Numbered from the stretch's first letter, positions 27,752 to 38,310 are shown. The stretch is 64,000 nt of DNA from Castellaniella sp. UBA6218 (GCA_002421865.1 DISE01000036.1:766-64765); one strand, 5' to 3'. The notes: generated by a model from the sequence alone, not told the origin. Translations and numbers: made by a program.

Positions 27752-28243
27752 ATGAACGAGTTGCTCGATTGGGCGGAGAAGGCGGGGGTCGAGAACATGC
27801 GGCAGCAGCGTACCGCTGCGGATTTCATGCGCAAGGAAGGGGTGACCACGCTCACCATCCTGTTGGCCGGTGCAACGGGCGCTCTGGCCTATGTGGTGAA
27901 AGGGCTGGACCAGCACACGGTATGGCTTGCCGCTGGAGCGCTGACCATGTCGCTGTACCTGTATGCGCTGTCAGCGGCGACCGTGTTCCTGGTGATGTAC
28001 ATCCAGGGATTCCCTGCGCTGTACAACGAGCCGGTCAACCTCTATCAGAAGCAGTATTCCCTGGAGGCGCTGCGGGAGGTCGAACTGCAGAACCTGCAGG
28101 GACGCATCGATATCGCCGTGAAGCGCAATCTCTGTCTGCAGAACCGGCTGAACCGGATTCGGGTATTTGCCGTATGCAGCCCGATCACCTTCGGTGCGGG
28201 CGCGTGGGCAGCCCTTTACTTGGGTGGGGGTACGGTTCTCTGA
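27752..28243 (+). CDS. 3-TM membrane protein inserted in tail operon
   Basis: GAGGAG RBS; three hydrophobic helices. Confidence 0.8.
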   Translation: MNELLDWAEKAGVENMRQQRTAADFMRKEGVTTLTILLAGATGALAYVVKGLDQHTVWLAAGALTMSLYLYALSAATVFLVMYIQGFPALYNEPVNLYQKQYSLEALREVELQNLQGRIDIAVKRNLCLQNRLNRIRVFAVCSPITFGAGAWAALYLGGGTVL

Positions 28244-28312
28244 TCGCGATTTGGGATAGGGCGCGGCTGGGGAATCTCGGGCGTCGGCTGTTCTTTTTTC
28301 TGATCGCTCATG

Positions 28313-28714
28313 CTATTTCCTTGGCTGATCGGTAACGGGGCCACCGCCATCGACAGCAATGCCGGTGGCGGTCCCGTACTGACTGGACGAGCTGGACGTG
28401 CTTTGCAGGACGCCTCGCTGATCGAAAGTTAGCACCACGTTGCTCGACCGAGTATCCACCCCTCCGGCGAATGCGCCAACGATAGGGATGAATGTGCTGC
28501 CGCGGGTTCTGGCTTCCGAGTAGGTGTACATGACCATTGTTGTGCCGTCGGAGTTGCGCATGGTCGTCGTAGGCTGTCCCAAGGCAGCGATCACCTCCTG
28601 CTTTGTCGTCTGGCCTTCCTTGAACTGGGACATCTGGTCATCAGTGACGCGCACGCCAGACGATGCGCAGGCGGACAGTAGCAGCGCGACAAGGACGGCG
28701 GAGAGTTTCTTCAT
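28313..28714 (-). CDS. SmpA/BamE-like lipoprotein moron
   Basis: LSAC lipobox; G.TTKQEVI.ALG.P...Y.Y...L.FD..GVL. Confidence 0.85.
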   Translation of the reverse strand: MKKLSAVLVALLLSACASSGVRVTDDQMSQFKEGQTTKQEVIAALGQPTTTMRNSDGTTMVMYTYSEARTRGSTFIPIVGAFAGGVDTRSSNVVLTFDQRGVLQSTSSSSSQYGTATGIAVDGGGPVTDQPRK

Positions 28715-28740
28715 GCCATGACTCCGGTAGCTTCGAGATT

Positions 28741-29340
28741 ATGCAAATTCTGACCGAAATCGGCGAGGTGTGCATCCACGCCGGCCGTGATGTGCTGCTG
28801 CGTCCGTCCCTGGCAGCCATTGCCAGCCTGGGCGATCCGCGCGAAATCGTGGAGGTCTTCGCTCGCGTGATGGCTGGCGACCACATGGACAGCCTGGGAG
28901 TGGTGTTCGCTTGTGCCGAAGAGGATGTGTCTGACCTGTTCGGCTGCTACGAGTTTCGCGGCGATGCGATCCGCTACACCTCCGGCACCGCGCCAGCCGC
29001 CCACGTCGTGCCGCTGGCCCAGTGCCTGATGCGCCACGGCGTTGTCGGGGTCGCCAAGCCTCTGCCGCGCCGCGCCGACGCCGAGGATCAGTACCTGACC
29101 GAGTTCGACGCGAAAGAGCATGCCGCCCTGGCTATGGCTCACCTGGGCCTGACCGAGCGCGAGGCCTGGAACATGACGATGACGGGCCTGGTCGCGGCGT
29201 TGCGGGCGAAGTTCCCGCCATCGACCAAGGACTCACCAGGCGCGCGTGCGCCGACGAGGGAGGAGCACGAGGCTACAGAGGCTTGGTACGAAAGAGTGCT
29301 AGAAGCCAGGGCATCTCGAAAAAACAAGACGATTCATTGA
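28741..29340 (+). CDS. Tail assembly chaperone-like protein (DUF6246-like)
   Basis: Before tape measure; LTEIGE..., AWNMTMT. Confidence 0.7.
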   Translation: MQILTEIGEVCIHAGRDVLLRPSLAAIASLGDPREIVEVFARVMAGDHMDSLGVVFACAEEDVSDLFGCYEFRGDAIRYTSGTAPAAHVVPLAQCLMRHGVVGVAKPLPRRADAEDQYLTEFDAKEHAALAMAHLGLTEREAWNMTMTGLVAALRAKFPPSTKDSPGARAPTREEHEATEAWYERVLEARASRKNKTIH

Positions 29341-29417
29341 GTTGAACGGCTCGCTTCGGCGGGCCTTTTTCATTCTCGGGCTCTGCTTAGGCAGGGCCTT
29401 TTTCATGAGCGCAAGAA

Positions 29418-32387
29418 ATGGCTGAAGGTACTTCGGTAGGGGCGATCTACTACACCGTTTCGGCGGATGTCGAGCCCCTTGTCAATAGCACGGCCGCGGC
29501 CGATTCGTCTTTGGACGGTTTGAACAAAACGCTCAGCAAGACAGATAAAGCCGCCAACGACACGCGCTTTCAGATGACGAAGACGGCCGCCGCCGTCAAG
29601 GCCTTGGGCGCTGAGTCTACGGCCGCGCGCGCGAACGTGTCGAGCCTCTACGGCGCCCTGGCCGGCCTGGTGTCCCTGCGCGCAGCCCAAGGTCTGATCG
29701 AGATGGCTGACGCCTACAACGAAATGGCCGAGCGCATCTCCATGGCCACGTCCAGCGCGGGCGAATACGAGCATGTCCAGCAGCGATTGCTGGCGACGGC
29801 GAACGGCACATACCGGAGCCTTGCCGAGGCCCAGGAACTGTATGTTCTGACGGCGAGCACCCTGAAGAGCCTGGGCTACGACACCGACCAGTCCATGGAC
29901 ATCGTGGATAGCCTGTCCTATACCTTCGTGAAGAACGCGACGGCGGCGGATCGGGCGAAGACCACTATCGACGCTGTTACTAAGGCGCTGAACAAGGGCA
30001 AGGTCGAGGCCGACGGTTGGCAATCGATCCTGGCGGCCGTGCCGACCATCGTCGACGATTTGGCGGCGTCTACCGGCCGCAGCGCGGCCGAGATCCTGGC
30101 GCTGGGCGCCCAGGGCAAGATCACCGGCCGTGAACTGTCGGAGTCTTTGCGCCAGTCGCTGGACGAAAATAAAAAGGCCGCCGACGGCATGGCGACGACC
30201 GTCCGCGACGCCTTCAACAACCTGAAGAACAACCTGTCGGTCTTCGTGGGCGAGGCGAACCGTTCCAGCGGGGCCACGCAGTTGCTGTCCGGAGCGCTGG
30301 TCGGCCTGGGCAACAACATCGACACGGTCGTGAAGCTACTGATGGTAGCTGGTGCTGGCGCGCTGGCCCGCTACATCGCACAGCTCGGGGCGTCGGCCAT
30401 CGCCAGCGGTCGAGCCATGCTGGCGGCTCGTGCGCAGGCCGCCGAGGAGTTGCGTTTGGCACAAGCCCATATGGCGGCTACACAGGCGGCATTGGCAGAG
30501 GCCACGGCCACCAGTGGTCTGTCTGCTGCACACGGCCGGGCCGCTGCTGCCGCAACTGCACACGCCGCCGCCGTCGCTCGGATGCAGGCTGCTCAGGCCG
30601 CCGTGGTGACTGTGGGCTCTCGCCTGCTGGGGTTGCTGGGTGGCCCTGTCGGCATCATCGCACTTCTGGCGTCCGCTGCAGCGTCGGTTGTCACGTTCGG
30701 CAGTGACTCGAAATTCGCGTCTGGGAAGGTGGATGGCCTGGCGGGGGCCGTGGATGCCCTGACTGCGTCGCTCAAGGATCTGAGCAATGCCGGGCTTTCG
30801 TCTGCCGCGTCTGGCGTCCAGAACCGCATCGAAGAGGCCGCCCGCTTGGCCGTCGAGGCCCAGGACAAACTGGCCGATCTACAGCAGCAGCTCTCCAAGG
30901 CGCCACCTGGGTCTGATGCTGCCCGCCAGATCACCCAGCAGATGGCAAACTGGGGCGCGGTGTACGGAGAGGCACAGAAGGGCCTGGATAAGCTCCGCGA
31001 CCGCGCGCGCGAGATCCAAGACATGCAGGGCCGGCGGGCCGAGGCAGCCAAGGGACCGGCAACTACGCAAGCAGATCCAGAGGTAGAGAAGAACCTGAAG
31101 TCCATGCGCGAGCAGCTTGAGTTGTCCAAGCTGACGGGCGCCGCCCGCGCGCGCCTGCAGGCCATCCAGAAATTGGGCACGAACGCCACAGCAGAAGAGC
31201 GCGCCGAGGCTGAGCGCCTGGCAACCCAGATATACGAACTGGAGAGCGCGCGCAAGGGAGCTTCGGCAGCTACCAAAGAATCCGCGAAAGCTAGCCTGGA
31301 GGACGCCAAGATCGTCAGTGAACTGGCAACCGAACTGCTTGGGGCCAGTGAGGCATCCCGCGAAATGGCTCAGGCCAAGGCGGCCGCCCAGCTATCGAAA
31401 TTCGCAACACCTGAAGAAGTCGCTCAGGTGAAGGAACTGGCAGGCGCGCTATTCGATTTGAAGCAACAGCAAGCCGACCAGAAGCTGATCAATGAGGCCG
31501 ATCCCATTCAGGCCGAGATTGATGGGTATGAGACCAAGCTGGCCGCATATCAGGACATGTTGTCTCGCAAGGCGATAAGCGACGAACAGTACTACCAGTA
31601 CGCCGGCGATCTGGCAAAACAGCATGAAGAGACGATGCTCGCGCTGCAGGAAGAACGGTTCCGCAATGAATCAGTGTGGAACGAGATGTTGATGGATGGC
31701 ATCGATAGCCTGGGCCAGTCTGCGGCAGCGGCGCTGGAAAGCATCGTGTTGGGAACCGGCAATGCTGCGGATGCTGCTAAGGCGTTTGCGGGCACGATCC
31801 TAAAAGAGGTCGTCGGATCGTTTATGCAGATGGGCATCGAGCACGTTAAGGCCATCATCCTAGGGCGAGCCGCAGAAACGGCGGCAGGCGCGGCATATGC
31901 AGCCGCCACGGCCGCCCAAGTGCAGGCTACAACCGCGTTGGCCGCGCAGAATGCCTTCATGGCGACGGCAGCAATTCCAATCGTCGGCCCGGCTTTGGCC
32001 CCGGCTGCGGCTGCTGCGGCCGGGGCTGCTGCGGCAGCCCTTGGCGCACCGGCGATTGCTGCGTCAGTTGTTGCTGGAAAACGCCAATACGGCGGCCCGG
32101 TCGCCTCCAGCGGCATGTACCGCATCAACGAAACTGGCCGGCCCGAGATCCTGAACATGGCCAACGGCCAGCAGTTCCTGCTGCCCAACAGCCGCGGCGA
32201 GGTCGTGAGCAACCGGGACGCGACGGCGCAGGCGGGCAGCACGAGCAGCGATGCAGGGGGCGTCACGATCAACCTGGGTGGCATCCACATCAGTTCCACG
32301 TGGCCGCTCCCCGACAGCAAAGTCCGCGATCTTGTGGGCCGCATCAACGACGCCCTGAAGGACGGCATGGTGCTGAGGACGAAATGA
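29418..32387 (+). CDS. Tape measure protein
   Basis: 989 aa, Ala-rich; C-terminal GGPV....Y.INE.G.PE. Confidence 0.95.
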   Translation: MAEGTSVGAIYYTVSADVEPLVNSTAAADSSLDGLNKTLSKTDKAANDTRFQMTKTAAAVKALGAESTAARANVSSLYGALAGLVSLRAAQGLIEMADAYNEMAERISMATSSAGEYEHVQQRLLATANGTYRSLAEAQELYVLTASTLKSLGYDTDQSMDIVDSLSYTFVKNATAADRAKTTIDAVTKALNKGKVEADGWQSILAAVPTIVDDLAASTGRSAAEILALGAQGKITGRELSESLRQSLDENKKAADGMATTVRDAFNNLKNNLSVFVGEANRSSGATQLLSGALVGLGNNIDTVVKLLMVAGAGALARYIAQLGASAIASGRAMLAARAQAAEELRLAQAHMAATQAALAEATATSGLSAAHGRAAAAATAHAAAVARMQAAQAAVVTVGSRLLGLLGGPVGIIALLASAAASVVTFGSDSKFASGKVDGLAGAVDALTASLKDLSNAGLSSAASGVQNRIEEAARLAVEAQDKLADLQQQLSKAPPGSDAARQITQQMANWGAVYGEAQKGLDKLRDRAREIQDMQGRRAEAAKGPATTQADPEVEKNLKSMREQLELSKLTGAARARLQAIQKLGTNATAEERAEAERLATQIYELESARKGASAATKESAKASLEDAKIVSELATELLGASEASREMAQAKAAAQLSKFATPEEVAQVKELAGALFDLKQQQADQKLINEADPIQAEIDGYETKLAAYQDMLSRKAISDEQYYQYAGDLAKQHEETMLALQEERFRNESVWNEMLMDGIDSLGQSAAAALESIVLGTGNAADAAKAFAGTILKEVVGSFMQMGIEHVKAIILGRAAETAAGAAYAAATAAQVQATTALAAQNAFMATAAIPIVGPALAPAAAAAAGAAAAALGAPAIAASVVAGKRQYGGPVASSGMYRINETGRPEILNMANGQQFLLPNSRGEVVSNRDATAQAGSTSSDAGGVTINLGGIHISSTWPLPDSKVRDLVGRINDALKDGMVLRTK

Positions 32388-33193
32388 GCAACATCACGGT
32401 CTTTTCTCCGAACCTGGTCGGCGCCGGCGGCTGCGACGGCCCCCGGGGATCGTATGCCCGCATCGGCTGGGACACGATCACCCGGACCGCCGCACTGACG
32501 GTCAGCAGCGAACGCACGGGGTTCCCGGGCGAGTCCCTGCGCAACGCCACGACCTACGATCGATGGGGCCCCGTGTCTACGCCGGCATGGGCGCAGTTCG
32601 ACGCCGGCCGCGCCGTGGATATCGACTACGTGGGAATCGCCAGTCACAACCTGCGCTCGATGGGTGCCGAGATCTCCATCCAGTACAGCCAGGACGCCAT
32701 AACGTGGGCCGATGCCATCGTGCTGACGCCCTCGCGCGACGATGCGCTGCTGGCCTGGTTCGAGCCGGTGACGGCCCGCTACTGGCGCGTGCACATCGCC
32801 AACGGCGCCACACCCTACATTGGCGTCGTCTACTTGGGCCAGATCCTGGTGATGCCGCGCGCGGTAACCGGCGGCCACACGCCCGGGACGCTGTCCCGCG
32901 CCACGGACATCATGCCCAGCAAGTCTGACAGCGGCCAGTTCCTGGGGCGATCCGTCATCCGCCAGGGCTTTGCTACGACCTACCACTGGGAGAACCTGCC
33001 GGCGCAGTGGTATCGGGACGAGTTCGACCGATTCGTCGCGGCCGCCGTGAAATACCCGTTTTTCCTGGCCGGAAACCCACAGCGCTGGCCTGACGAGGTG
33101 CTGTACGCCTGGACCACGAAGGATATGAAGCCCAGGTACATCCGCGCGCGCGACTGGATGGAAGTCGACTTGCCTATGGAGGCCCTGGCATGA
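32384..33193 (+). CDS. Distal tail protein
   Basis: Coupled to tape measure. Confidence 0.7.
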   Translation: MSNITVFSPNLVGAGGCDGPRGSYARIGWDTITRTAALTVSSERTGFPGESLRNATTYDRWGPVSTPAWAQFDAGRAVDIDYVGIASHNLRSMGAEISIQYSQDAITWADAIVLTPSRDDALLAWFEPVTARYWRVHIANGATPYIGVVYLGQILVMPRAVTGGHTPGTLSRATDIMPSKSDSGQFLGRSVIRQGFATTYHWENLPAQWYRDEFDRFVAAAVKYPFFLAGNPQRWPDEVLYAWTTKDMKPRYIRARDWMEVDLPMEALA

Positions 33194-34950
33194 CGCCCGA
33201 AAAGCAGATGGGCCGCGAGCTGCGCACCATAGTCGAGATCGAGCAGGATTTCTGCCAGCTCGCCTACGGCGTCGCGCCGTGCGCGGCCGCCCTGGGCGTG
33301 ACCGGCGATCGCAAGTGCTTCAACACCCTGGCTACATGCCAAGATCCGGAGCATTACACGCCGGGCAAGCTGACCGTGCGGTTCTGCAAGCCGACTCAAA
33401 CGCTGCCCGCCGTGCCGGCGATCCCGATGGTCGTGGATGTCTCCACGGCTCCCACGGAGATCAACCCGGGCGGTGGCGGCCGTGATTCCGGGGCCCTGGG
33501 CAAGCGCGCGCGGGTGACCGTGACGTTCCAAGATGCGCCGCACTCGGATATCGGCGTGGATCCCTACGTCGCCGGTCGTGGATACCGGCCGATGGAGCGC
33601 GGGACGTTCTGGTCAAAGTGGCTGGCGCGCAATCCGTATTACAACGGCCGCGTGATGCGCATCCGCGAGGGCTATGTCGGCCAGGGCCTGGAGGACATGA
33701 CGACCCGGACCTATCTGATCGACAAGATTGATGGGCCCGACACCAAGGGCCGCGTGAAAGTCACAGCGCTCGACATTCTGGCGCTGGCCGACAACGACAA
33801 AGCCCAGGCGCCAGCGGCGTCCACGGGCGAACTGATCACGGATATCAATTCGTCCAGCACGGCCGCGATCCGCATCACTGGGGCAGTGGCCGCGGATTAC
33901 CCAGCGCCTGGCACTGTCCGGATCAACGACGAGCTGATCACGTACACGGCCACGACAACGATCAGCGAGACCGAGATCCAGTTGTCCGGGATCACGCGGG
34001 GCACCGACGGGTCTGAAGCTCAGTCGCAAAGCGAGGGCGACCGCGTCCAGCGCTGTCTGCGCTACGAGAACGTCCGCGTGGATGCGCTGGCGCGCGAGTG
34101 GCTGGTGGAATACGGCGGCGTGCCAGAGGGCTTCATTCCGTGGGCCGATTGGCAGGCCGAGGCCGACACATGGCTCGCGCAGTTCGATTTGACGGGCCTC
34201 ATCACCGAACCGACCGGCGTGCAAGATCTGCTGGCCGAGATCACCGAGCAGTGCCTGTTCTACGTCTGGTGGGACGAGCGCGCGCAGTTGATCAGGTTGG
34301 CCGCGATCCGGCCGCCGGATTCCGATGTGCCGCTGTTGACGGGGGATGCCAACATCCTGGCCGACAGCGCGGAGCTGTCCCAAGATCCGGGCGGCCGCTG
34401 GTCGCAGGTCTGGGTCTATTGGGGTCAGCGTGACCCCACCGAGAAGCTAGACAGGGACTCCAACTACCGGCATCTGCGGGTGCGCGCCGACACGGAGGCC
34501 GAGGCTGCGGATCAGTACGGCGAGCAGCGCATCAAGAAGATCTTTTCGCGCTGGCTGCACAGCGAGGCACAGGCGATCAACGTCACCACGCGCCTGCTGA
34601 ACCGCTACCGCGACAACCCCCAGTACATGACGCTGGATCTTGATGCGAAGGACCGCGAGCACTGGACCGGAGATGTTGTGGATGTCGAACACCGGACGGT
34701 CGTGGACGATACCGGCCTGCCCGTGCGTGTGCGCTGGCAGATTGTCTCGGCCGAGGAGAAGGAGCCCGGGCACTCGATCACCTACAAGCTTTTTGCCTAC
34801 GAGTTCAAGATCTCGGGCCGACCGGGGTACTGGATGCCGATCGATGCCCCTGACTATGCCAGTGCGACTGACGAGGAAAAGGCAGCTGGCGCCTGGTGGT
34901 CCGACGAGAACGGGTTCATCGGCGAGGACAAGGGATTTTCGTGGATCTGA
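33190..34950 (+). CDS. Tail tip/hub protein
   Basis: Position, Cys motif, size. Confidence 0.7.
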   Translation: MTPEKQMGRELRTIVEIEQDFCQLAYGVAPCAAALGVTGDRKCFNTLATCQDPEHYTPGKLTVRFCKPTQTLPAVPAIPMVVDVSTAPTEINPGGGGRDSGALGKRARVTVTFQDAPHSDIGVDPYVAGRGYRPMERGTFWSKWLARNPYYNGRVMRIREGYVGQGLEDMTTRTYLIDKIDGPDTKGRVKVTALDILALADNDKAQAPAASTGELITDINSSSTAAIRITGAVAADYPAPGTVRINDELITYTATTTISETEIQLSGITRGTDGSEAQSQSEGDRVQRCLRYENVRVDALAREWLVEYGGVPEGFIPWADWQAEADTWLAQFDLTGLITEPTGVQDLLAEITEQCLFYVWWDERAQLIRLAAIRPPDSDVPLLTGDANILADSAELSQDPGGRWSQVWVYWGQRDPTEKLDRDSNYRHLRVRADTEAEAADQYGEQRIKKIFSRWLHSEAQAINVTTRLLNRYRDNPQYMTLDLDAKDREHWTGDVVDVEHRTVVDDTGLPVRVRWQIVSAEEKEPGHSITYKLFAYEFKISGRPGYWMPIDAPDYASATDEEKAAGAWWSDENGFIGEDKGFSWI

Positions 34951-34961
34951 TGGGGATTTGA

Positions 34962-35426
34962 ATGGCAACGTGGACTGATATTGATGACACCAGGCTCGAG
35001 CCCGGGAAACCGATCCGGTCGGTGGATGGACTGGCCCTGCGGGACAACCCGATTGCGATCACGGAGGGCGCGGCGGGCGCACCGCGAATCCAGGAAGCGG
35101 CCTTGGCCAATGGGGTGGCATCCAATCGAGTGCTGGCAAACGGCGCGGTGACTGCGCAGAAGTTGGCTGCTGGCGTCAATGAAACAACCTGGGTTCTGGG
35201 CCGGAATGCCGGCGCCAGCGTTGGGGCAGTTGGAACCTATGCGCTTTTGTTCAAAACGTCGTCTTCTGCCGCGAACCCTGGCAGTGTTTTCGGCGGGTCT
35301 GAGCTGCGCTATTCGTCTGCGGCCGCCGACTCTGGCGGCATCCCGTCTGGATCTTGGCGATGCATGGGATATGTCCCGAACAACTCCGGCGCCTCTGGCG
35401 TCACTCTGTGGCTGAGGGTCGCATGA
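34962..35426 (+). CDS. Short tail-fibre-like protein
   Basis: C-terminal G.W.CMG...LWLRVA fibre-type ending. Confidence 0.65.
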   Translation: MATWTDIDDTRLEPGKPIRSVDGLALRDNPIAITEGAAGAPRIQEAALANGVASNRVLANGAVTAQKLAAGVNETTWVLGRNAGASVGAVGTYALLFKTSSSAANPGSVFGGSELRYSSAAADSGGIPSGSWRCMGYVPNNSGASGVTLWLRVA

Positions 35427-35617
35427 AATACAAGAGCGCAACGAATTTACGCTGGTCCAGCCCGGAGTCTATCGACATGATTGTCGATTTTGAGGACATC
35501 GGACCCGTGCCTTTTACCGCACTGCCGGACGACTGTGAGGAACACGGCCGGGAGCTGTATGCGCGCGCCGTGGCCGGGGAATTCGGCCCGATCACCGACG
35601 CTGAGGAGCAAAGCTGA
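35423..35617 (+). CDS. Tail fibre assembly-like protein
   Basis: PFTA.P.D.EEHGR.LY.RA.AGEFG.I. Confidence 0.75.
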   Translation: MKYKSATNLRWSSPESIDMIVDFEDIGPVPFTALPDDCEEHGRELYARAVAGEFGPITDAEEQS

Positions 35618-36759
35618 TGCTGAACCGCTGGCAGAAAACTGTTGTCGACCGACAGGGCAATGTCATGCCGTGGGCTGCGCTCATGATCCGCAAAGAGGCT
35701 GATCAGATGCCGGCCACGGTCTACAGCGACCGGGAGGGCACGGATCCGTATCCGGCTGGGCAGGTCACGGCCGACGGCAACGGCTTCGCCTTCTTTTATG
35801 CGCAGGCCGGGGTGTATCGGATCACCGCACAGAGCCCGGCCATCGACTGGCGGGACGTGGGGATCGGTGCGCCGTTCGACCCTGACGCCCTGGGCACCGC
35901 CGCGGCGAGAGATGTCACCACATCCAGCACCGACTCCACGGCCGGGCGAGTGCTGAGGGTAGGGGATTTTGGGGTGGGCGGAAACGCGCCGCTTCTGACC
36001 GTCGGCACGGACCTGGATACGTTGGTCATCCCGGGATCGTACACGCTTGCAGGCACATACCCCAACAGTCCGCTTGGAGCGGCTACCACAACGACCGGGG
36101 TCATCGAAGTAATCCACCGGCTTTACCCTGGTGCAGGGTGCGTCCAAATCGCGTACCTCGGGAGCCTCGGTTTCTGGATGCGCCAGTTTTCTGACGGGGT
36201 GGTCGGCACTGCCTGGGTCGAGCTGTACCACAGCGGGAACAGCGGGAACCTGAGCAGCGATCTTCAATGGCTCGGCACCCCGGTGGGCGGGTACATCACG
36301 CCGCTGACGCCACCGCCCAAAGATGACCCGCGCTTTCGCTACGTGCTTTGCACTGCCGGTGAAACTGGCTCCGGCAAATACAACAATGGCATCCTGACCG
36401 GCGAAACCGTTACCGGCACCGCGCCGCTGGTCAATGCGGTTGCGACCGTGAGCCTTGCCGGAAGTCCTTTCAATGGGATGTCGATCCACCTGATCAATAC
36501 CGAGGGGCGGTTTGTTGGAGCTGGGGCCTCCGAAGCGTTCGAGGATGACGCGCTCCAGAACATCCCCGGGGCCCTTACCGGCGTCAGCGCAACGGGCGCG
36601 TCGGGGGCATTCACCGCATTGGGCGCAGGTGCAGCGTCGATCGTCAACGAAGCAAATAGCCGCATGAACATCACGTTTGACCCATCCCGCGTCGCCCGCA
36701 CATCCGACCACACACAACCCCGCACCCACCGTCTGCCACACTACCGGAGGATCCTCTAA
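35617..36759 (+). CDS. Tail fibre protein
   Basis: LGTAA.RDV.TS..D.TAGRVL.VGDFG repeat, knob-like domain, FDPSRVART terminus. Confidence 0.85.
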   Translation: MLNRWQKTVVDRQGNVMPWAALMIRKEADQMPATVYSDREGTDPYPAGQVTADGNGFAFFYAQAGVYRITAQSPAIDWRDVGIGAPFDPDALGTAAARDVTTSSTDSTAGRVLRVGDFGVGGNAPLLTVGTDLDTLVIPGSYTLAGTYPNSPLGAATTTTGVIEVIHRLYPGAGCVQIAYLGSLGFWMRQFSDGVVGTAWVELYHSGNSGNLSSDLQWLGTPVGGYITPLTPPPKDDPRFRYVLCTAGETGSGKYNNGILTGETVTGTAPLVNAVATVSLAGSPFNGMSIHLINTEGRFVGAGASEAFEDDALQNIPGALTGVSATGASGAFTALGAGAASIVNEANSRMNITFDPSRVARTSDHTQPRTHRLPHYRRIL

Positions 36760-37208
36760 TGGCCTACGCAACCGCGGGCGGGGTATCCCGCGCTGATATG
36801 TCTGACGATCCCGCGTGGATCGAGATCGACGAAGACCAGTACGCCCAGGCGCTGGCCGGGATGGCTGCCGGGAAACAGGTCAGCATCGACGGCGGCTTTG
36901 CTGTGGTCGATCAGCCGGCGCCGGAAGAGCCTCCTGCGCCCGAGCCGGATCCGCCCGGGCCGCCGACAGTCGTTACCCGCGCTCAGGGGAAGGCTGCACT
37001 GATCCAAGCCGGCTTGTGGGATGACGTTCTGGCCTACGTCGATGCGATCACGGATCCGACCCAGCAGGCCCTGGCGCGCGTGGCGCTAGACGACACAACC
37101 GAGTGGCGGCGTGACAGCCCGTTTCTTGCGACCGCTGCGGCTGCACTGGGACTGACGGACCAGCAACTGGACGATCTGTTCGTCGCGGCTGCCGCCATCG
37201 TTCTGTAG
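36759..37208 (+). CDS. Tail fibre assembly/chaperone protein
   Basis: VTRAQGK.AL...W.RDSP...LGL...LD.LF..A. Confidence 0.75.
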   Translation: MAYATAGGVSRADMSDDPAWIEIDEDQYAQALAGMAAGKQVSIDGGFAVVDQPAPEEPPAPEPDPPGPPTVVTRAQGKAALIQAGLWDDVLAYVDAITDPTQQALARVALDDTTEWRRDSPFLATAAAALGLTDQQLDDLFVAAAAIVL

Positions 37209-37268
37209 CCCCCTCAAACACTCAGATCAACCGCCCGCCCTGCGCGGGTATTTTTTTGGAAACGCAGG

Positions 37269-37586
37269 ATGCAGATACCAGAAGAGGGCCTGTGGCCACT
37301 GATCGCGGGGGCCGCCGGGGCGGCGCTGTCGCTGCAATTTATCGAAGGCATGACGTGGAAGCAGAAAGGCGTCATGACGATCACGGGCACGCTCTCGGCG
37401 GCCCTGCTGACAACCCCGCTCATGGAGTGGGTTGGTATGCCGGCGTCCTGGTCCAACGGCATGAGCTTTCTGGTCGGCCTGTTCTCTTGGGCGGCTGTCG
37501 GCGGCGTGATGCACACCCTGCAGAAGGCCGACTGGTGGGGCCTGATCCAGGACGTCGTGCGCCGCATTTTCAATCGGGGGGCGTGA
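37269..37586 (+). CDS. Holin
   Basis: Small multi-TM protein heading the lysis cassette. Confidence 0.75.
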   Translation: MQIPEEGLWPLIAGAAGAALSLQFIEGMTWKQKGVMTITGTLSAALLTTPLMEWVGMPASWSNGMSFLVGLFSWAAVGGVMHTLQKADWWGLIQDVVRRIFNRGA

Positions 37587-37873
37587 TGGTTATCACATTC
37601 ATATCCGCACATCTGCTGATCGCCCTGGCGTGCTGCTGGGCGGTCGTGCGTCCGCACGTGGGCGAGGGCGTGCTGGGGAAATTCAGCTTGATTGTCCTGT
37701 GCTTCGCGTCGATCGCCTGCGCGGCCTGGGGCTGGATCCTGCCAGAGACCGTGGACCGGTCTGAGACTGTGTTCGCGGTGGCCGCCGCTGGGCTGGCCGG
37801 GCGCTGCTACTGGATCAAGGCGTGTTTGCCGGTGCGCCGGCACATCAAACGGAGGATCCGTAAATGCAATTGA
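37586..37873 (+). CDS. Second holin-like membrane protein
   Basis: Three TM helices, basic tail, coupled to holin and endolysin. Confidence 0.65.
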   Translation: MVITFISAHLLIALACCWAVVRPHVGEGVLGKFSLIVLCFASIACAAWGWILPETVDRSETVFAVAAAGLAGRCYWIKACLPVRRHIKRRIRKCN

Positions 37874-38310
37874 CCCAACATTTCTCCCTGGCCGAATTCA
37901 CGCGCTCCGATACCGCGCGGATGCTGGGGATCGACAACACGCCGACCCGGCACCACCTTGCCAACCTCCATGTCCTGGCGGCCAAGTTGGAGGAGGTGAG
38001 GGCGCTGTTCGGCTGCCCGATCATCATCACGTCCGGATATCGGTCGCCGGCGCTCAATGCCGCGGTGGATGGGTCGGCCACGTCGTCGCACTGTGAGGGC
38101 CTGGCCGCTGATTTCCACATCCCCGCGTTCGGCCCGGATCAGGCCGTAGCCCAGGCCATCGCGGATTCCGCGCTGGAGTTCGACCAACTCATCTTCGAGC
38201 AGGCCCGTACGCACTGGGTACACCTGGGCGTCGGCGACCGCATGCGCCGCGAGGTGCTGTCCTGGCGATCCGGCCGCGGGTATCAGCGCGGCATTGTGAG
38301 GATCGCATGA
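37864..38310 (+). CDS. Endolysin, peptidase M15 family
   Basis: ITSGYRS..LN, S.H..GLAAD, WVH. Confidence 0.9.
   Translation: MQLTQHFSLAEFTRSDTARMLGIDNTPTRHHLANLHVLAAKLEEVRALFGCPIIITSGYRSPALNAAVDGSATSSHCEGLAADFHIPAFGPDQAVAQAIADSALEFDQLIFEQARTHWVHLGVGDRMRREVLSWRSGRGYQRGIVRIA

Noticed and set aside
34962..37208. Diversity-generating retroelement or invertible fibre segment
   Set aside because: No reverse transcriptase, template/variable repeat pair or invertase seen
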